64,000 nucleotides of DNA from Podarcis melisellensis (lineage: Eukaryota). The stretch lies in the NCBI GenBank assembly GCA_964234715.1, contig OZ174280.1, one strand, 5' to 3'. Positions 58,180-64,000 of the stretch are shown one piece after another (position 1 is the first letter of the stretch; the number at the start of each line of letters is the position of its first letter). A program made the translations under genes and the position numbers. A model generated the notes under the pieces. That model was not told the origin of the DNA, did not search any database, and saw only the letters and a list, made by a program, of their open reading frames with translations.

Positions 58180-59620
58180 TGCTTTAGCTGGGGGAGCCGC
58201 AGCTGTTGCTTTGCCGCACAGGATCAGGTACAAACAAGACTAACCACCCGCTCATTTTAGATGTCATGTGGGGATTACGGGGAATCCCAGGGGAAGTTTC
58301 CATTGAGCGGTGGGGAAGGGAAGCGTGCCCTGACCCCAACATGCTGCGCTTCAGCTTCCCAGGACAGCCCCTCGGTGCCTGTGGGATTGTCAACCCTTTG
58401 CCCGCCTCCCCACCCCCACGCCCCCGGTCAAAGGCGAGTTAAGTTTTCCACGGTACCCACCTTTGGGTTGGGTGGGGAAGCAAGGCTACCTGCAAGCAGC
58501 AATGTGCTCTTCGCAAAAGCTTCATCTAGCCCTGGTCACCCACGGATGCCATTGGCACTTTGCGATTTGCACAAGCCTACACGCATTGCCGCATTCGGAC
58601 GAGAATTTTTCCTCCTAGCGGCTAGCGTCTCAATCAGCCTACAATAGGTCGGATGTGCTACGACTGGTCCCTTCTCCTCCCTTCCTGACTTCCTTCCCTT
58701 CTCTCTTTCCCAGTGTCTGGGATTCCAGTCCATACCTTTATCATTCTGCCCCCCGACCCTTCCTAATCTCTGCAGAGGACGCTGGTCCTCCCACGCTATT
58801 CCTCAATTGGCTACAGAGGATATCTAACGCCCCGCCTAGAGTTAAAGGGGGGAGCGGGGAGAACCGGAGAGGGAAAATAAAAGGATGAGGCCCCACTGAT
58901 TGGACGGCCCTCGCCCCCCTCCGCTCCTCGCGTCACATGATTGGACAGCTGAGGGCCTCCGTCTTTGGTACGCTTGAGTGGAGGACCCTCCTTGCCTCTG
59001 ATTGGGCGGCAGGGAGCCCCCCGCGCTCCCGCAGTCGCTGAGCGCTTTGTGGAGAATGCCCCTCGCCTTTCTCCATTGGCCATCGGAAGTCCCGCCTTGT
59101 TGTGCGATTGGTGACCGACGCCCCCCCTCCTGCCCCTGAGGCCGGCTAGTACTGCCGCCGCTGCCCGGCCCGGCATGGCGGGCGGCGGGGCAGCCAGAAC
59201 GCGAACCCGGAGGAAGGGCGGCCGGGACCCCCCTGATGCTCTGGTGAGGAGATGGGAGGCGGAGGGAGGAGGTATCCGTTCCGGGGTAGTGGTGGTGGTG
59301 CAGGAGGAGGAGGAGGAAGCGAGCGAGCGAGCGAGCGCTTCGCTTCTGCATCCAATGTGTTTTCTTTGCCCAGGTCAACCTCTCGCCCCGCAGTGATTTT
59401 TTCTTATACACGTCCCTCCCTCCCGTCCTGCTCTTCTTTTTCTTCACCACCTCACGTGGACCCTGCCTTGCCAGGAATCTTCTCTTGAGAGTGAGGAAAT
59501 GAGGGATCCCATGAGACTTCAGGGATTTCCTCTCTTGCTTCCTTTCTCACTCTCATGAGAAGACCCATTAAAGTGCACCCCATGTGTGGCCAGAACCTCC
59601 TTTTCACCACAGGAGCGCCT
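58180..59620 (+). promoter_or_regulatory. CpG-island promoter and first exon of the next gene (probably ST3GAL3 by synteny; identity not shown by sequence)
   Basis: CpG-rich; six ATTGG boxes at 58806-59111, GC boxes, E-box TCACATGA 58933-58940; candidate donor CTG|GTGAGG at 59243/59244. ST3GAL3 follows KDM4A on the same strand in human and has a non-coding first exon. Confidence 0.7.
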
Positions 59621-61989
59621 CGCCTCCCACCTTTCCCCTTCCCAGCCTCAGGCTCGCCATCTAAACAACTCCCTTTGGGTCACCCACCGAGCACTGTACT
59701 GCGATTTCAGAATCTTCCTGTCTTGGTTTTAGCTCCTGAGTGGGATCTAGTACTTGTAGGGTGGATGATTACACGACTGGGCCAGTAGGGAGACAATCGG
59801 TCTTTGAGTGTTACCTCAGGACTCTTCCCAGAAAGGTGGTTGTATCTCGCCAGCTAGTATGTGTTCCTCTGTGCCAACATTTTCTTTGTAGCAGTGAATG
59901 GAAGATGAGAGGTCATGAGGGAGGAAGAAATAAGCAAGAATGATGATTAAATCTGGGGTGTGCCTCTTTTTCGCCTTATGGTTATTTCATACGTGATTGC
60001 ACTTTATGGGTTAACTGTTCACCCATGTGACTGTTCACATGCTAGTTCATTTCCAAATAAATTCTCCAACTGCATTATTATTCATTCAGTGACCCAAAGG
60101 GAAAGGTCAACAAAACGCTGACTGTAACTGTAACACAAGCCTTTTTTAGTTAGAATGCAGAGGAAACCTTGAAGGGCTCTATTCAGAAATGCATCTCCAT
60201 TTGCCAAAACTACCTTTATAACCTTTGTAGGCTAACGACAGAGCTCCTTTAAAAAATGAACCCTTTGGATCCTGCCATATGAACATTTATGTAGAAAGTA
60301 GCTGGAGAATTTGCTGATAAGAGAAATCAATAACACCTGACCAGAGTACTCACTGACCAAAGGTATTTAGGAAATCTGTTCCATTCCTGATTAGGAGCCT
60401 AGTGTTCTCTGAAGTACTTGAACTTTTTACTTAATGTACTAGTTTAAATGTGCAGGGAGGTTTTGGGATTTTTGTAAGAAAATGGAGACACATTTAATGT
60501 GAACACTTATCCTAAAGAATAATTCCCGAGAACAGGAGATGAATGAAAAACTTTCCTTTCAGGAAGGAATTTGATCTAAAAACCTATGGTCAGCCAACCT
60601 TCTATAACTTGAAACTAAAGTGCTGGTGGTTAACTTTAAAATCCCAATTGGCTTGAGACCTGAGCACCAGAAGGAATTCTTTCTTGTATTTGAGACTGTC
60701 CAGATACAGAGTCCCTCTTCTGCTACCATCTAAATTATTATAGTTTTATTATTGTTAGAAGGTTTCTTGGGAGTTGTCAAATGGAAATTTGACATATAAA
60801 TATTTTAATTTTATAAATAAACCCATGCATTCCCTGTTTTGCAATCCTGTTAGAGTAAAGGTCTGAAGACCCAGAAAAATGTATATGTATGTGTGGCGGG
60901 GGGAAGAATCTGTCTATCTACATGTTCACATGTATACTTGTTAGATTTATGAAATGCATTCTATGGTTATTATTCAAAAAATGGTCACACATGTACTCCA
61001 TGTAATTATAACTTGCTTGTTGAGATATGGTACAGAAAATAGTTCTTAGGGTGTGCAAAACAGTTAAAGTTTACATCTCTGTACCAGTGCAAATCTAGTG
61101 CACTTTCTCTGAGTGTGAAAAAGGCAAGTCTATGCATGTGTACTTGGAAGCATATTCTATTGAGTTCAATTGGAATTTCTCTCAGGAGAGTATGTGTAGG
61201 ATTGCAGCTTGGCTTATGCATACATTTAGTATGGGAACTTACCAGGCAATGAGATGAGGTAATCAAGAGGTCAGAAGTGGGATTCCATCAGTGTGCATTT
61301 GCTGGGTTGTTGTTTGTCCCACTGTACGTCACATTGATCTTTAGTTGAATCTCTTCAACAATTATTTTATCTAGTCTAGTAGAGATCTTCATGGAGCTAT
61401 TCACAATTTGTGTGGGATTTTGTTAAAGATTTGGTGACAGTTGTATATTTGACTATTTTACTGTTGTGATTTCAGGCCATTTTTAAAAAACAAGTTACAT
61501 TGGACTAGTCCCAATATTGACCTTTGTGCTTTAATGCTAAGAGCAGTGCCCAAACCAGTCAGAACAGACAAAAGAGATGGCCTTGAGTTCAACTTAAGAG
61601 GGCTGGACTTACAGCTATATTTAAAAAAAAGTTTTGAATAAATTTCTTCCAACTTTATTATTGTTCTCCTTGGTGCTTTTGTGTGATGAGGGTAAGTCTA
61701 AATCTCAAGATACTTTCATCATTCCTTTAAGGAATTTGTTTTGATCATGTATTAGCTTTTCTACTCTCAAGGGGTAGAGCATTTATTATGGGCTAAAGCT
61801 CATGTGTGTGAGTCCTTCAGCCTGACACAATTTTGCTAGTAATATCAAAACAAGGATGGTGAGAACATGAGTCACTCTTACAACTCACTCATATGTATCT
61901 TTACTTGGAAGTAAGTCCTGTAATGTGGATTATTCCCTAAGTGTGCCTAGAAATTTAGTATTAATGGAGCAAAGTGTGGTGTATTAATG

Positions 61990-62293
61990 GAGAGCCAGTG
62001 TGGTGTAGTGGTTGAGAGCGGTAGACTCGTAATCTGGGGAACCGGGTTCGCGTCTCCGCTCCTCCACATGCAGCTGTTGGGTGACCTTGGGCTAGTCACA
62101 CTTCTCTGAAGTCTCTCAGCCCCACTCACCTCACAGAGTGTTTGTTGTGGGGGAGGAAGGGAAAGGAGAATGTTAGCCGCTTTGAGACACCTTCGGATAG
62201 TGATAAAAGTGGGATATCAAATCCAAATTCCTCCTCCTCCTCCTCCTCCTCCTCTTCTTCTTCTTCTTCTTCTTCTTCTTCTTCTTCTTCTTC
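61990..62293 (+). mobile_element. young tRNA-derived Squam3-type SINE with (CTC)n(TTC)n tail
   Basis: GAGAGCCAGTGTGGTGTAGTGG (A box) ..GGGTTCGCGTCTCC (B-box-like); CpGs retained; L2-like 3' end; microsatellite tail. Confidence 0.85.
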
Positions 62294-64000
62294 AAAGAGA
62301 TGTGAGTAACTTTTCCTAATCCAGACGAAATAGTTATGCAAGAAATGTGCTCTAGTCAGCTGGAACTTGTTTCTGTGAAGCAGGCCTTTTTCTGCTGTAT
62401 CTTGGAAGAGGCCGAGACTTTGACTTTCCTGCACAGCACAGTGCCAAGCTTCCTGCACTTTGCCCCTCCTCCCTTCATTAAGTGCAGGTGATGTGCTCTG
62501 TTCAGAAGCTAGGAGAGTAGCAGATCCCCACCTATGCTGTTGCAAGGGCCACTACTGCATTCTGTTTGCATAATGACCAGCCAGATGCCTATGGAAAGCC
62601 CAGGTCTGGATGTAATGCCAAACCATGGTTTGGTGTAATGTTTCAATCAGCTTTAGGCTTAAGTCCTATACACATTTATCTTGGAATCAGTCTCATTGAA
62701 CGTACTGAGGGTTAGTTCTGAGTATAGGATTTCAAATATAGGATTTCACTCCATTTCAGATGGGTCTGTTTTGTGTTTTATTTTATGTAGTGGCATTTTC
62801 TTTTTCAGCTGAATGGTCAAGGAAACAAAGAAAATAATTTTTGAATCATATATCTAATTTTTGTTTAAACCCACTAGTAAATTTTGTGATGCAATAATGT
62901 GAAGAATAACACATTTGTTTGTGCCAGTTTTGGTAGCATACAATACTTTGGTTACTGCTCCGGGGAGATTTTTATTGGAAGAGCTCTAGTAATCAGAATT
63001 GAATGTTCTTGCCTTAAGCAACTCTGCCCTTTGTTATTAAATGCTGAATTTACCTTATAATTAGAAGATGAAGTTTAAGCTCCACCCCTCCTCCTGAATG
63101 CTACAGTTACAGAGGAGGCTGTTAGATTTCTTCCTGACTTTTCTAAATGTGATTCTAGAGCTCCAGCTGGCTGTCAGATGGGATTTCTGAAATATCTTTC
63201 TCTTCACAACAAACTGGTGGGAAGGAAGTGAACAAGCAGTGCGACAGCGGGATGCATACAGTACATAGAGGTGTTCAAGGCATGAGCTTTCCTGGTCAAT
63301 TATTCATATAGGATACTGGAGCATAGGGGGTCTGCTTTGAAATAGGCAGGGGTCTCTAGACTACTTGAGGGGGCCTTCAGCATTCATCATTCATGTCTTG
63401 TAATGTTATATGTGAGGAATGTGGGTGGAAGTTCTTTGTGTTTGTCTCTTGCAGTCTGTTTGAAGCAGGTGTCCTGAAACGGGATTTGGAAAATGTACAG
63501 GGTATCAGATAATTGGAAATAGTGGCCAGACGTCAAATGCTGGCAGAATACTGAAGTTTGTACTAGCCTTCAAGCCAGCTTGCGTTTCTTTTTTCAGAGT
63601 TTCTGTATATGGCCAGTTCTTGGTATGCTAGTACTTATTTTCTTTAGTTGCTGAAAGTCAAGAGGAGCTCTGTCATTTAATTTCCAAATTGTTTGCTCAT
63701 TCTTGCTTTGTAAGTGATCTGATAAATATATACTAAACGTGAGTCCATCACTTGTTGAGAAAATCTTTGCACATGCAAAGTTAATAAACCTTCTATGAGA
63801 GATGGTTAATTTTATCTCTTTTCCACATGGAAACTAAATCTGAAATGATGAAGATACCAAGTACCTAGTGGCTTTAAGAAATATATGGTGCTACATTGGT
63901 TGAATTAAAATGTTAGTCAAAACCATGGTTTGGAAGACTGGGAACAAGCCACGGGCCTTGAGTCCTCTCTTCTCATTCCTTGCTTTCCTCATTCATGTGT

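Noticed and set aside
57754-59488. ORFs around the second CpG island (e.g. 58842-59450 on the minus strand)
   Set aside because: Low-complexity, GC-driven frames; no recognisable sialyltransferase or other coding sequence
61990-62070. tRNA gene
   Set aside because: The tRNA-like head continues into a SINE body and tail; no complete cloverleaf
62126-62545. Poly-Glu ORF
   Set aside because: Reverse translation of the SINE (TTC/CTC)n tail
1-64000. Prokaryotic systems (operons, CRISPR arrays, defence islands)
   Set aside because: The sequence is a spliced vertebrate locus; I found no repeat-spacer array or bacterial-type gene

Overview
Eukaryotic (vertebrate) genomic DNA, almost certainly a squamate reptile and probably a lacertid lizard, judged from the repeat complement (BovB, Sauria SINE, Squam2/Squam3-type SINEs, L2, CR1, Rex1, Penelope, Gypsy, hAT and Tc1/mariner MITEs). 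The one complete protein-coding gene is KDM4A (JMJD2A histone H3K9me3/H3K36me3 demethylase) on the + strand: CpG-island promoter and non-coding exon 1 near 16.3-17.4 kb, then 21 coding exons from ATG 18127 to TAG 36996. All introns are GT-AG with consistent phases; the CDS is 3159 nt (1052 aa; JmjN-JmjC-PHD/Zn-knuckle/PHD-double Tudor, catalytic H188/E190/H276 intact). A second CpG island with six same-strand CCAAT boxes at ~58.2-59.6 kb is the start of the next gene, probably ST3GAL3 by vertebrate synteny, although none of its coding sequence is recognised here. I see no convincing wholly new multi-gene system. The best leads are: a ~180-bp fold-back Penelope-derived element with a TSD that encloses a decayed minimal hammerhead ribozyme; an internally deleted chromovirus that keeps an open chromodomain ~8.5 kb upstream of KDM4A; a 3'-truncated LINE-like 5'UTR+ORF1 (orphan ORF) fused to a MITE; and several testable regulatory predictions (KDM4A uORF, possible intronic terminal exon, helically phased CCAAT array).
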